A stretch of 64,000 bases of DNA from Candidatus Niyogibacteria bacterium (GTDB taxonomy: Bacteria > Patescibacteriota > Minisyncoccia > HO2-45-28), in assembly GCA_016432485.1 (NCBI GenBank), contig CP066691.1, positions 587,538 to 651,537 of the forward strand, in the 5' to 3' direction. The translations under genes and the position numbers were made by a program. The notes under the pieces are model-generated. The model was not told the DNA's origin. It saw nothing but the letters and a program-made list of their open reading frames with translations, and did not search any database. Position 1 is the stretch's first letter, and every line of letters starts with the position of its first letter. This document shows positions 18,994 through 29,299 of this stretch, piece after piece.

Positions 18994-20205
18994 GTGGCCG
19001 TTTTTTCATTCAAAGCCAAAAATCTTGCGGGCCAAGTCATTGAAGGCCGCAGAGAAGCCGCGGATCGTTTTGATTTGGCGAATGCCCTGAGAAAAGAAGG
19101 CTATTTTTTAATCAGCCGCAAAGAGGAAAAAGCCGAGTCGTCCTTTTTAAAGTTATCTTCAATATTCGGGCGAGTATCAATACAGGAAAAAATGGTTTTT
19201 GCCAGAAATCTGGCAGTTATGGTGGGCGCCGGAGTTTCCATGATCAGGGGGTTGGACGTGCTTTCGCGTCAAAGCGACAACAAAAACTGGAAAAAGACTC
19301 TTGAAAATATGGGGCAGATTATCAAGCAGGGGAGCTCTTTGAGTCAATCTATGGAAAATTATCCGGGCGTTTTTTCGCCGCTCTTTCGTTCAATGGTTAA
19401 ATCGGGCGAGGCTTCCGGAAAACTGGAGGAGGCACTGCGTCTGGTGGCCAATCAGCTCGAGCGGGAGTATGAACTGAAAAGAAAAGTGCGCGGAGCTCTT
19501 GTTTATCCGGCAGTAATAATTATAGCCATGGTGATAATAGGGATTTTGATGATGGTCTATGTTGTGCCGACGCTGGTCTCCACTTTTGAAGAATTGGGTG
19601 TTGAATTGCCCGCAACCACTTCCATTATTATAGGCATCAGCGGATTTTTGACCGGACACTGGTTTTTATCATCGGTTTTAGGCGTCGTGATCGCCGCGAT
19701 TTTTTTGCTTTTGACGCGCAGCGCTCCGGGAAAAAAATTTCTATCCGCGTTTTTTTTGAAGCTCCCCGTAATTTCGGGGATAGTAAAAAAAGTTAACGCG
19801 GCTAGGGTCAGCCGGACTCTGTCGTCCTTAATCAGTTCGGGCGTTGAAATAGTTGAGGCTCTGCAGGTCACCGAAGACGTAGTCCAGAATCCCAGATTTA
19901 AAAAAGTGCTTAATTCAGCCAGAGGCGAAATACAGAAAGGCAATCCGGTGTCGCGCGTATTTATTGAAAATGATGATTTGTTTCCGCTTTTGGTCGGCGA
20001 AATGATGGCGGTGGGCGAAGAAACCGGAAAATTTTCAGACATGCTTTTGCGCGTAGCCTCTTTTTATGAAGAAAGCGTGGCCGAGTCCACCAAGGCGCTG
20101 TCGACCGTAATAGAGCCGGTTTTGATGATTATTATCGGAGTTTTTGTCGGTTTTTTCGCCGTTTCAATGATACAGCCGCTTTATTCAATATCCGGCGGAC
20201 TGTAA
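18994..20205 (+). CDS. pilC: Type IV pilus platform protein PilC/GspF
   Basis: GEASGKL, ALVYP, VGEETG, IEP. Confidence 0.93.
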   Translation: MAVFSFKAKNLAGQVIEGRREAADRFDLANALRKEGYFLISRKEEKAESSFLKLSSIFGRVSIQEKMVFARNLAVMVGAGVSMIRGLDVLSRQSDNKNWKKTLENMGQIIKQGSSLSQSMENYPGVFSPLFRSMVKSGEASGKLEEALRLVANQLEREYELKRKVRGALVYPAVIIIAMVIIGILMMVYVVPTLVSTFEELGVELPATTSIIIGISGFLTGHWFLSSVLGVVIAAIFLLLTRSAPGKKFLSAFFLKLPVISGIVKKVNAARVSRTLSSLISSGVEIVEALQVTEDVVQNPRFKKVLNSARGEIQKGNPVSRVFIENDDLFPLLVGEMMAVGEETGKFSDMLLRVASFYEESVAESTKALSTVIEPVLMIIIGVFVGFFAVSMIQPLYSISGGL

Positions 20206-20223
20206 TCGGAATAAAAAATAAAT

Positions 20224-20673
20224 ATGACGCAAAAAGGGCTGACCTTGCTGGAAATTTTAATCACAATCGCGGTTTTGATTATCCTTTCGGTAATTATTCT
20301 TGGGGCTTTAAATGAGTTTCGCGATTCACGGGCTTTATCCGGAGCCCGCGAAGAAATTATCGGAGCTTTGCGCGAGGCTCGTTCCAGAACTCTGGCTTCC
20401 GAAAATGAAAATCAATTCGGAGTCCATTTTGAAACTTCGCGGATTATTGTTTTTGTCGGCCCCGATTTTATTCCGGACGACCCGAAAAACGAAATTCGCG
20501 CCATATCTTTGCGGACGGAGATTTTTAATATAAATTTTTCAGGTTCGGACACTGTTTTTAAACGTCTGACCGGTGAGTCCGACCCGGAGGGCAATGTTTC
20601 GGTCAGATTGAAAAAAGATCCGTCAGAATTATTTACGGTTTATCTAAATTCCAGCGGTTTGGTCCATGATTGA
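20224..20673 (+). CDS. Type IV pilin-like protein
   Basis: KG/LTLLEILI prepilin motif. Confidence 0.88.
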   Translation: MTQKGLTLLEILITIAVLIILSVIILGALNEFRDSRALSGAREEIIGALREARSRTLASENENQFGVHFETSRIIVFVGPDFIPDDPKNEIRAISLRTEIFNINFSGSDTVFKRLTGESDPEGNVSVRLKKDPSELFTVYLNSSGLVHD

Positions 20674-21184
20674 CGATTTTTATAAATGTTTCAGGCAAAC
20701 GCCGACGAACCAAAAACCGCCATACACGGTTGCGGGATTCGGTTTACTGGAAGCGGTTGTCGCGGTATCGCTTGTTGCCGTTTCGCTTTTTTCTTTGGTC
20801 GCGGTCGGGCAGATCGCTTTTAAATCGGCTACAGAGAGTCTGGACGGCATTGAGGCGGCTTATCTTGCCGAAGAAGGCGTTGAAGTTTTGCGTTTAATGC
20901 GCGACGATAATTGGTCAAATATTTCAGCTCTTGCGCCGGACCAGACTTATCAGCCGGTTTTTTCCGCGGGCTCTTGGTCTGCCACTACGGCTCCCCAGCT
21001 TATTGACGGAAAATTCTCCCGGACCTTTGTTTTGCGCCGAGTTTATCGAGACGCCGGCGACAACATAGCCGTTTCCGGGACGCTGGACACCGATGCCGTT
21101 AAAGCCGAGCTTAATCTTGACTGGAGTCAGAATGAAAATATCGGATTAACAAGTTATGTCGTTAATTTATTTCGTGATGAATAA
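20666..21184 (+). CDS. Minor pilin (PilV-like)
   Basis: AG/FGLLEAVVA prepilin motif. Confidence 0.82.
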   Translation: MIDDFYKCFRQTPTNQKPPYTVAGFGLLEAVVAVSLVAVSLFSLVAVGQIAFKSATESLDGIEAAYLAEEGVEVLRLMRDDNWSNISALAPDQTYQPVFSAGSWSATTAPQLIDGKFSRTFVLRRVYRDAGDNIAVSGTLDTDAVKAELNLDWSQNENIGLTSYVVNLFRDE

Positions 21185-21689
21185 AAAAAGCGGAGTAAGT
21201 TTAATAGAGACCGTTATATATGTGGCAATTCTTGCGGTCTTGATTGTGTTTACGGTTAATACGATTTTAACTATGTCTTCGGTCTATGCCAGGGCGCGGC
21301 TTATCAGAAGAGTTGCTTTTGACAGCGAAACCGCGCTTGAGCGCGTAACGCGCGAAATCAGACTGGCATCAAGCGTGGATGACGGCGCGAGTTCGTTTGA
21401 CGTTAATCCCTCGCGCGTTGTTTTAAATACGATAAAAAGTTTTGAAGATCCGACTCCGGAAATAAAAGAGTTTTATCTGTCGGGCTCCCGTCTGGCGTTT
21501 CGCGAAGGAGCCGGAGCCGAAAAATTTTTGACATCCGATGATACCGACGTTTCTTCTTTTGTCGTTAATAAAATTCAGACGCAGCATTCGCAGGCTTTAA
21601 AAATAACTTTGATTATAGAGGCTTCCGGAGGTAAAAATCAGATTTCGCGTAATTTTTATCAGACCGCGATTTTAAAAGGAGGATACTGA
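21177..21689 (+). CDS. Minor pilin (PilW-like)
   Basis: SG/VSLIETVIY prepilin motif. Confidence 0.85.
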   Translation: MNKKSGVSLIETVIYVAILAVLIVFTVNTILTMSSVYARARLIRRVAFDSETALERVTREIRLASSVDDGASSFDVNPSRVVLNTIKSFEDPTPEIKEFYLSGSRLAFREGAGAEKFLTSDDTDVSSFVVNKIQTQHSQALKITLIIEASGGKNQISRNFYQTAILKGGY

Positions 21690-21690
21690 A

Positions 21691-22941
21691 ATGAAATTTT
21701 CAAATCAAATAAGAAATAATTCGGGGCAAGCGGCGCTCACGGCAGTTATCTTTTTCTTATTCATTTCGCTCGCGCTTGCCGGAGCATTTGCCGGTTCGGC
21801 TTTGTCTGAACTTAAGAGCGTTAAGAATCTTAAAAATTCCAGGCAGAGCTACGTTTATGCCGAGGGTGTTCTTGAGGACGCCGCGTATCGCTTGATTTCG
21901 GGTAAGAATATGCCGAATCAAGTTGTTTATTCTGAAGGCGATCTTACGGCCACGACCAGCGTAAATGATGTTTTAGATTCTAAAGAAATTGAAACCTTGG
22001 GCGAAAAGAATAATATTTTTAGGAAAATAAAAACCGCTCTAAGTCTTGGGACCGGAATTTCTTTTTATTACGGCGTACAGGTGGGGGAGGGAGGAGTTGT
22101 AATTGGCAATGATTCGGTTGTGGTCGGCAATGTTTTTTCAAATGGCGATATAATCGGTAACGGCAAAGACAAAACCACTATCACTGGCACGGCTAAATCC
22201 GCCGGCGCGCATTTAGTGAAAGACATACGCATTGAAGAAGATGCCTGGGGGTATGATTTTGACAACTGCATAGTGGTGGGCATAGCACATTATGCCGGCA
22301 GTTTTTCCGCTAACTGTTCAGCCGCCTCCACGGAAATTCTTGCCTTGCCTCTTGAACCGGAGCAATTCCCGATTCCGGAAAGCTTAATTGACAGCTGGAA
22401 AGCAGATGCCGAGGCCGGCGGCGTCATAAGCGGGTTTTCCGTGGGTAACAACAGTTCCGAGACCCTGGGTCCTAAAAAAATATCCGGGGACCTTACGTTG
22501 GGGAACAGCGCCACTCTCATTCTTACGGGCACTATCTGGGTGACCGGCACGATTAATTTCGGTAACAACCCCATACTTAAGCTTGATGCTTCCTACGGCC
22601 AGCTTTCCGGGGTTTTGGTTGTTGACGGTTCGGTGGATTTTGGAAATCAGGCAGCGGTGTTCGAGGGGTCGGGTGAAGAAGGGAGCTATTTGATGCTCCT
22701 CTCAACTTTCGGACCCGAGGACGCCATTAAACTTGGCAACAAAGCAGAGGGAGCAATTTTTTACGCTCCTAACGGCATTATCAACGCCGGGAATAATTTG
22801 AATTTGAAAGAAGCGACGGGATATGGATTGAAAGTTGGCAATGGCACCACCATTACTTACGAGTCTGGCTTTGCCGATCTTAATTTTTCTTCCGGCCCAT
22901 CCGGCGGCTATGAAATAGAGTCTTGGCGGGAAACGCAGTAA
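21691..22941 (+). CDS. PilX-like minor pilin with beta-rich C-terminal domain
   Basis: SG/QAAL without E5, YAEG motif, ends SWRE. Confidence 0.75.
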   Translation: MKFSNQIRNNSGQAALTAVIFFLFISLALAGAFAGSALSELKSVKNLKNSRQSYVYAEGVLEDAAYRLISGKNMPNQVVYSEGDLTATTSVNDVLDSKEIETLGEKNNIFRKIKTALSLGTGISFYYGVQVGEGGVVIGNDSVVVGNVFSNGDIIGNGKDKTTITGTAKSAGAHLVKDIRIEEDAWGYDFDNCIVVGIAHYAGSFSANCSAASTEILALPLEPEQFPIPESLIDSWKADAEAGGVISGFSVGNNSSETLGPKKISGDLTLGNSATLILTGTIWVTGTINFGNNPILKLDASYGQLSGVLVVDGSVDFGNQAAVFEGSGEEGSYLMLLSTFGPEDAIKLGNKAEGAIFYAPNGIINAGNNLNLKEATGYGLKVGNGTTITYESGFADLNFSSGPSGGYEIESWRETQ

Positions 22942-22998
22942 TATAATTTCTAATTCACCTGGTTTCTAATTAAAAATTAGTCATTGTATTATAAATAT

Positions 22999-24117
22999 AT
23001 GTTGCATCTATCCAAATTTTTTCCGCCGCCGTCCTATCTTGATTTTCCGATTACGGGATTGGATATTTCGGATCGCTCAATAAAATATGTTGAGCTCAAA
23101 AAAAACGGAGCGGGGCTACGTTTAAAAAGGGCCGGCAAAAGGAATTTGCCTTCGGGTTTGATTTTGGCCGGAGAAATAAAAAAACCTGATGAGCTTGCGG
23201 CAAATTTGGCGGAATTTTTAAAACCCTTGGGGGTTGACCATGTAGTCGCGGCTCTGCCGGAAGAAAGGGCTTATATCAGCGTTATGTCTTTGCCGAAAAT
23301 GGAAAAAAATCAGATTCGGGAAGCCGTGGAATCGGGTTTGCCTGAAAAAATTCCGTTGCCTGCCGGCGAGTCTGTTTTTGATTTTGAATTTTTGAAACCC
23401 GCGGCCGCTGCCGTTGACGGCGTAAAGATAAATGATAACCAAGTTCCGCATCAAGACGTCGTAGTCTACGCTTTTTCCAAAACGATGGTTCAAAGTTACT
23501 TGGATGTTTATCTTAGCGCCGGCCTGTATCCGGTTTCTTTTGCGATGGAGACCGCGGCTTTGAGCCGGGCCTTGATGCCGGAGAGTCATGAGAATCCGCC
23601 GACCATGATAGTTGATTTTGGCAAAACCCGGACTACTTTTGTCATAATCGCCGGCGGATTGGTGCGTTTCAGTTCAACTGTTAATGTTGCCGGCGAATCT
23701 CTGGATCAGGCCATTGCCAAATCTCTGAATATTCCGGTAAACGCCGCCGAAAAAACCAAGAAAGAAAACGGAATGTCGCGAGCTTCCGAGAACCGCGCTG
23801 TTTTTGAATCCATACTGCCGGTGATTGCGGCGGTTTCCGATGAAATAGAGCGGCATATTTTATTTTGGAACACTCACGCCGAACATGTGCACCAATCTGA
23901 ACCGCAGATATCAAAAGTTATTCTTTCAGGGGGGGATTCCAATCTAATCGGTTTTAGCGAGTATCTGGCGGCCAAACTCGGGCTGTCGGTTGAGCTTGGA
24001 AATCCGTGGGTTAATGTCGCTCCCTTTGAAAAATATATACCGGAGATAACTTTTAACGAATCTCTGGCTCTGGGTTCGGCGATAGGTCTTGGTTTAATGG
24101 CGTTGGATACAAATTAA
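22999..24117 (+). CDS. pilM: Pilus assembly protein PilM
   Basis: GLDISDRSIK, VDFGKTRT, ILSGG, NPW. Confidence 0.9.
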   Translation: MLHLSKFFPPPSYLDFPITGLDISDRSIKYVELKKNGAGLRLKRAGKRNLPSGLILAGEIKKPDELAANLAEFLKPLGVDHVVAALPEERAYISVMSLPKMEKNQIREAVESGLPEKIPLPAGESVFDFEFLKPAAAAVDGVKINDNQVPHQDVVVYAFSKTMVQSYLDVYLSAGLYPVSFAMETAALSRALMPESHENPPTMIVDFGKTRTTFVIIAGGLVRFSSTVNVAGESLDQAIAKSLNIPVNAAEKTKKENGMSRASENRAVFESILPVIAAVSDEIERHILFWNTHAEHVHQSEPQISKVILSGGDSNLIGFSEYLAAKLGLSVELGNPWVNVAPFEKYIPEITFNESLALGSAIGLGLMALDTN

Positions 24118-24118
24118 A

Positions 24119-24676
24119 ATGAGCATAAATTTATTGCCCGAAGATTATCAAAACGAGGTTAGAAATGAGCGAATCAGACGTTTGGCGGTTACGATTGGCG
24201 TTTTCGTATTTTTAACCGTGGCCGTGAATATAATTTTACTTTCGCCTTTGTGGTTTTTATTTAATGCCCGGGAAGCGGAACTAACGCGGGAGCTTGATGC
24301 TGTCAAACGCGGCCCCGCTTTTTTACGCGCGACCGATATTGAGTCTGAAATAAGGGTTTTAAACGCCGAGATAGCGGTTTTTAATTCCGGGGAAAAGAAA
24401 TTATTTGAGATATCTCCCGCGATAAAATCAATTTTGAGCCGCAGGCCTTCCGGCATTGGAATATCCGGCATATCTTTTTATTCCGCGGGCCAAAAAGGAC
24501 AGGGGTTAACTCAAATTTCAATATCGGGGGTTGCCAAAAATCGGGAACTGCTTTTGAATTTCGCCAAATCCAACGAGACTAATGAGTTTTTCAAAAAAGT
24601 GAATTCACCCATATCAAATCTTCTGAAAGAAAATAATTTTGATTATTCTTTGGTTTTTGATTTAGATTATGAATAA
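24119..24676 (+). CDS. PilN-like protein
   Basis: INLLP motif, one TM, follows pilM. Confidence 0.8.
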   Translation: MSINLLPEDYQNEVRNERIRRLAVTIGVFVFLTVAVNIILLSPLWFLFNAREAELTRELDAVKRGPAFLRATDIESEIRVLNAEIAVFNSGEKKLFEISPAIKSILSRRPSGIGISGISFYSAGQKGQGLTQISISGVAKNRELLLNFAKSNETNEFFKKVNSPISNLLKENNFDYSLVFDLDYE

Positions 24677-25181
24677 GGGAGCGCTAAAAACAATAATTAT
24701 TCTTTTTCTTCTGAACGCGCTGGCAATTTTCGGCTGGTGGTTGTTTTATCGCCGGCTGGATGACGCTGGTGGACGTATCGGAGTTTTGCGGGAAGAAATT
24801 TTTGCGGCCGACGCCAAACAGAAAAACATTAAACTGCTGGAAGAAACACTTCAGTCTATCGGCGACGACAGGTCTAAAATAGAGGATGTTTTTGTTGATG
24901 AGAAAAGCGTTGTCGGGTTTATAGAGAATTTGGAGAAGGTGGCTGCTGATGCCGGAGCGTCTTTGGAAATATCTTCGGTTTCGCTCCAAGCAAAAGTTGA
25001 GGATGGCGGTCCGAGTTTTAATTTAAACCTTGAGGGCAGTTTCGGCCGCCTTTTGAAGTTTTTGACCTTGCTTGAGAACATAAATTATCAGGTGAAAATA
25101 GGAACTGCGCGTTTCAGCGTTTTAAATTCCGGAATCTGGGACTTGCAGGTTAAATTAAATCTTTTAAGTTATAAATTTTAA
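24669..25181 (+). CDS. PilO-like protein
   Basis: TM, coiled coil, GSF..L..FL..LEN. Confidence 0.75.
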   Translation: MNKGALKTIIILFLLNALAIFGWWLFYRRLDDAGGRIGVLREEIFAADAKQKNIKLLEETLQSIGDDRSKIEDVFVDEKSVVGFIENLEKVAADAGASLEISSVSLQAKVEDGGPSFNLNLEGSFGRLLKFLTLLENINYQVKIGTARFSVLNSGIWDLQVKLNLLSYKF

Positions 25182-25187
25182 ACTATT

Positions 25188-25514
25188 ATGGAATCCGATT
25201 TTTTTAAAATTAATTTATCTGATTTTGGAAGGGGGTCGGGGAGACGGATTTTGGACGCGTTTGCGGCTCCGGCCAGAAAATACTGGGGATGGTTTTTGTT
25301 TTCAGCCTCGATTTTATTTTTAGCGTCAATAATTTTCAGTATTTTTATGTTTTTGTCTTTAAGCGCCGAGCGCGCGTCCGATGTAATTGTTTCGGATAAA
25401 TTTTCCGAAATTAATTTATCCGGTTTTGAAGAAGCAGTAGAAGCGATGCGGGATAGGGAGTCCGATTTTAATAAAGCTTTTAGCGAACCATTGTTTGGCG
25501 ATCCGTCATTGTAA
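25188..25514 (+). CDS. Hypothetical membrane protein, end of pilus operon
   Basis: One TM, C-terminal DPS. Confidence 0.7.
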   Translation: MESDFFKINLSDFGRGSGRRILDAFAAPARKYWGWFLFSASILFLASIIFSIFMFLSLSAERASDVIVSDKFSEINLSGFEEAVEAMRDRESDFNKAFSEPLFGDPSL

Positions 25515-25578
25515 TAGGAACCATCGTTGTAAAGTTTGTTTTTTCGTAGTATAAATTATTGAGTTGTTTTAAAAATCA

Positions 25579-25653
25579 GCCCCCGTAGTTCAACGGACAG
25601 AACGAAGGACTTCTAATCCTTAGATCGAGGTTCGATTCCTCGCGGGGGCACCA
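25579..25653 (+). tRNA. tRNA-Arg(TCT)
   Basis: aagga-cttctaa-tcctt; encoded CCA. Confidence 0.95.
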
Positions 25654-25818
25654 GTGAGGAAATTGCAAGTTTGATAAAAAAAAGAAAAATTGGAAATTGT
25701 TAGCGGTGCGGCTCCGCAAGCGGATTGTCTATCGGTAAAATAGAGAGCCGATTGGGTATATCGCGAAGCCGAAGGGTTGTTGATAAAGCTTTTAAATTAA
25801 AGTAATAATATGAGTTAT

Positions 25819-25892
25819 GGGCTCGTAGCTCAGTTGGTTAGAGCGTTCGCTTGACATGCGAAAGGTCTCCAGTTCAAGTCTGGACGAGCCCA
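25819..25892 (+). tRNA. tRNA-Val(GAC)
   Basis: ttcgc-ttgacat-gcgaa. Confidence 0.95.
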
Positions 25893-25920
25893 CAAAAGGT
25901 TTGTGTTATGATATATTCAT

Positions 25921-26550
25921 ATGGCAAAAATAATTTTAAAAACAATTTTGTGGGGAGTGGCCTCGTGGGTGGCATTAAGCGTTATTCTGTTTTTTGGCGT
26001 CGGTTTTTATGAAAGTTTTGTAGCTAAAAACGCGGAAGTTGAGCTATCCTCATCCTTAATTACCGGTTTGAGATATATTGTTTTGTTTTTGGCTCTGGGA
26101 GTCGCGTCAGCCGTCTTTCTTTATGAAGACAAAAAACAAAAACCCTTTAAGCATATAGTGGCTGAACCTGAAAAAGATGAAAAAGTCCACGGAATTATTT
26201 GGTCTGAAAGCAAGCCGACCGAAGTTTCTAAAAAACCATCTGATTTTCCCAAGCCCTTTGAAGTTCAAAAGCCCCCGATAAAGCCGACCATTCAATCTCC
26301 GCCGGTTTCCGCTTCGTCTCAGCCGCCGCTCCCGCCAGCGCCCTCTATTCCATCTCCGCCAAAACCTCCGCTTGCGTCTTCGTTCACCCAGCGAGGCGCG
26401 CCGATTTCACAATCCGTGCCTCTAACTCCGCCTCCACATCCGCCTCCGCCTCCGCCTCCGCCTTTGTCTCCGTCGTCTCCGCTTCCCTCGGCATATAAAC
26501 CTTTGGATTCAGAACAAAACAAAAAACAGCCGCCGTGGAGCCGGACATAA
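25921..26550 (+). CDS. Proline-rich membrane protein
   Basis: Two TMs and poly-Pro tail. Confidence 0.7.
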   Translation: MAKIILKTILWGVASWVALSVILFFGVGFYESFVAKNAEVELSSSLITGLRYIVLFLALGVASAVFLYEDKKQKPFKHIVAEPEKDEKVHGIIWSESKPTEVSKKPSDFPKPFEVQKPPIKPTIQSPPVSASSQPPLPPAPSIPSPPKPPLASSFTQRGAPISQSVPLTPPPHPPPPPPPPLSPSSPLPSAYKPLDSEQNKKQPPWSRT

Positions 26551-27269
26551 TATACGAAGATAAAAATTTTCTGGCCGTTAATAAGCCGTATGGTATTGTA
26601 GTCCATCCGGATGAGAGGCATCGCGACGGAACTCTGGCGCAAAGCATTGTCCAAAAATATCCTGAAATCAAAAACGTGGGAGACCGTTCGGCAAGATCGT
26701 GGCAGGAAAGGCCCGGAATCGTACATCGTTTGGATAAAGACACTTCGGGGCTCTTGCTTGTCGCCAAAAATCAGCCGGCTTTTGATTTTCTGAAAAATTC
26801 TTTTCAAAAACGCCTTATTAAAAAAACTTATTTGGTTTTGGTGATGGGGGAGCTCAAGAAAAAAGACGGCCGGATAGACCTTCCGATCGCCAGAAGCAGA
26901 AAAAGCCCGATGCGGCGCGTCGCGGGCCGCGGTTTGGCCGGCAAGGAACGCGAAGCCGCTACCGAATACAGGGTCACTAAAAGTTTTAACGATTTTACTC
27001 TTTTGGAGGCCAGACCCTTAACCGGGCGTACTCATCAGATTCGGGCGCATTTCGCCGCTATCGGCCATCCCGTGGTTTGCGATAAAATTTACGGAGGGAA
27101 AAAACCGGTTTGTCCTGCCGGACTCACCCGTCAATTCCTGCACGCGTGGCGTCTGGAATTCGTTTCTCCAACCGGAGCAAAGCTTATGCTTGAAGCGGAT
27201 TTGCCGGAGGATTTGGATGGGGTTTTAAGATTTCTAGACACACAAATTAACAAAACCTTACGGCCGTAA
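26535..27269 (+). CDS. RluA-family RNA pseudouridine synthase
   Basis: VNKPYG, HRLDKDTSG, TGRTHQIR. Confidence 0.93.
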   Translation: MEPDIIYEDKNFLAVNKPYGIVVHPDERHRDGTLAQSIVQKYPEIKNVGDRSARSWQERPGIVHRLDKDTSGLLLVAKNQPAFDFLKNSFQKRLIKKTYLVLVMGELKKKDGRIDLPIARSRKSPMRRVAGRGLAGKEREAATEYRVTKSFNDFTLLEARPLTGRTHQIRAHFAAIGHPVVCDKIYGGKKPVCPAGLTRQFLHAWRLEFVSPTGAKLMLEADLPEDLDGVLRFLDTQINKTLRP

Positions 27270-27287
27270 GGTTTTGTTAATTTGTGT
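27240..27287. repeat. Perfect 48-bp palindrome, possible terminator
   Basis: acacaaattaacaaaaccttacgg|ccgtaaggttttgttaatttgtgt. Confidence 0.85.
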
Positions 27288-27355
27288 TTACATAATATAC
27301 ATGAAGTTGTTACTAATTGCGGTATAAAATAAAATCTGATAGCATTTTTGGTATA

Positions 27356-27426
27356 GCGGGTGTAGTTTAATGGCAGAACATCTGGTTGCCAATCAGATAG
27401 CGGGAGTTCGATTCTCCCCACCCGCA
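27356..27426 (+). tRNA. tRNA-Gly(GCC)
   Basis: tctgg-ttgccaa-tcaga. Confidence 0.95.
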
Positions 27427-27603
27427 CAGAATTTCAGTTTGAACGCTTCATCGGCGCTTTTGCCGTTTCTGGATCATTACTTTTGCGGGTTATAACATGC
27501 GCTATTTGGGCGTGAGTAAGATACAGGGAATTTTAGTTGTAATTTTCCAGTTGAGATTCGCATTGTAAATGCGAAGTTTTTTATTTTTCGGAGAGATTCG
27601 AAC
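27427..27603 (+). repeat. Conserved tail downstream of tRNA-Gly, copy 2
   Basis: Homologous to reverse complement of 594-770. Confidence 0.8.
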
Positions 27604-27680
27604 CGAATAGAAAACCTTTACTTTTTGTAGCCCCCATAGTATATATGTACTAGAACTCAAATCCTCAGGAGGGAAAAGAG

Positions 27681-28757
27681 ATGATTAAAATAGTCTTGTC
27701 GACGCTGTTCGCAGCGTGCTTCTTGGCATCATTTTCTTTGACAGCTCAAGCAGCTCAAGATGGCCGCACCTGTTATTTCGGAAACACCGTTTCCGAACTC
27801 TTACACGGAGACACGTATATCGGGAACTATCCCATTGGACGTGACGCTTCCGGTTCGTTCCAAACCACAGAGCCGAGCATGAGGGAAATTGCTGCGTATC
27901 TCAGTACTCTGCAGTTACCCTCTGCGATAACTAGAGCTCATATTGTATTGCGTAAATCGCTGATCCGATATGAGCCGTTCCATACACTTCATCACGGAAA
28001 ACCGTGGTATGATGGCTCGGGCAATCTCGTCAACTCCAGTGGCGACGAAAACCTTCTCCAAAACTGGAATAAGGACACGTATCGCGCCGTACGCATAAAG
28101 ATGCTCGATTTTGAAGAGGAGCATATGTGGGGGCCTTACGTTCTTTACGAGAACGAGGAAAAGGGCAAGGGTGTCGTTGATGCTGAGATTGTTTTGCTCG
28201 ACAAAAACGATTGCTATCTCAGTAACTTGGAGATGAGCTTCTACCGATTGCCCAAAGAAGGTTCACCGATCAACCTTGATAACATTGACGGTGGCAACGA
28301 ATATTGGGAGGTTGCACTATTTTCCGATGGAGTCGATCCTTACGTGCGACTAGACGGTGGAACTGCCCCGCTTTATCCGGAACGAAAAAAAGATCTGCGA
28401 TTTGAGTGGGACAAAATCAACGGGCAAAAGTTTACATCGGGTCATGCAAACAATACTTCTGCACATCACAGTGTACTGGCGGACGAAAAAAAGATCGTCT
28501 ATAACACTACCGTTGTGTACCCTCACTTGAAGGGTCCGCGTGTTTCCGTCATCAATGACGACAAGAAGGGTGGATATCATCTCGTTGTGGAACTGCCGAA
28601 ATATTTTCAGGGACGATTTATCCCCGCATTTGTAGGAATCACGTTCTCCGGCAATACAGCCACGGTTCATATGGTCCGTGGGACACAACAACAAACGTTT
28701 ACGGTTCCAATCACCGATAATCCGCTACCGACTTCGGTGGATTGGGACAAAAACTAG
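27681..28757 (+). CDS. Secreted hypothetical protein
   Basis: Signal peptide ending AQA; AGGAGG RBS; terminator at 28769-28800. Confidence 0.8.
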   Translation: MIKIVLSTLFAACFLASFSLTAQAAQDGRTCYFGNTVSELLHGDTYIGNYPIGRDASGSFQTTEPSMREIAAYLSTLQLPSAITRAHIVLRKSLIRYEPFHTLHHGKPWYDGSGNLVNSSGDENLLQNWNKDTYRAVRIKMLDFEEEHMWGPYVLYENEEKGKGVVDAEIVLLDKNDCYLSNLEMSFYRLPKEGSPINLDNIDGGNEYWEVALFSDGVDPYVRLDGGTAPLYPERKKDLRFEWDKINGQKFTSGHANNTSAHHSVLADEKKIVYNTTVVYPHLKGPRVSVINDDKKGGYHLVVELPKYFQGRFIPAFVGITFSGNTATVHMVRGTQQQTFTVPITDNPLPTSVDWDKN

Positions 28758-29299
28758 GTTATTCGAACAGCCGAGGCGTAGACATCCTCGGCTTTTTCTT
28801 TTTTAAAATATAAATCTTACTCGATATATGTTATGCACGTTGTGTATGTTGCCGGAAAGGGTATACCGAAATGCACTGTCTAGCAGAGGTTCTAACATTG
28901 GATGGGATTTTACCGAAGTTTTGCGAAAAGTACTCCTAAACCGTGTCTTAGTGTCATCTGGAGTGTAAAATCAGACAAATGATAATAGGATATTAAGCAT
29001 AAACGGCTCTGTTAGAGCTTGGAGAGAGGTTCTAACCTGTTCTCCTAAAGTGCACTTTATGAGACTTTTCGTACTCTTGCGCCTCAATCGCCGTTTCTAC
29101 TTCAGAAATCTTGCGGGTTCTAACATCGCTTTATTGCCCGTATAGGGAAAGAGAATTTTTTATTGCTGGATAATAAAATCTTCTGAAAAAGAAACGGTTT
29201 TTTAATAGTTAGGAACGGGTTCTAATGAAATGTTGCAAAGAGCGCAGAGATGTGTTACTTCTGATTTAGATTGATTTTGTAAACTGATAAGGAGATTAA

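Noticed and set aside
17235-25514. Type IV pilus operon as a novel system
   Set aside because: Standard complement for this group.
28880-29230. attC sites
   Set aside because: GTTCTAAC does not form RYYYAAC...GTTRRRY fold-backs with L boxes.
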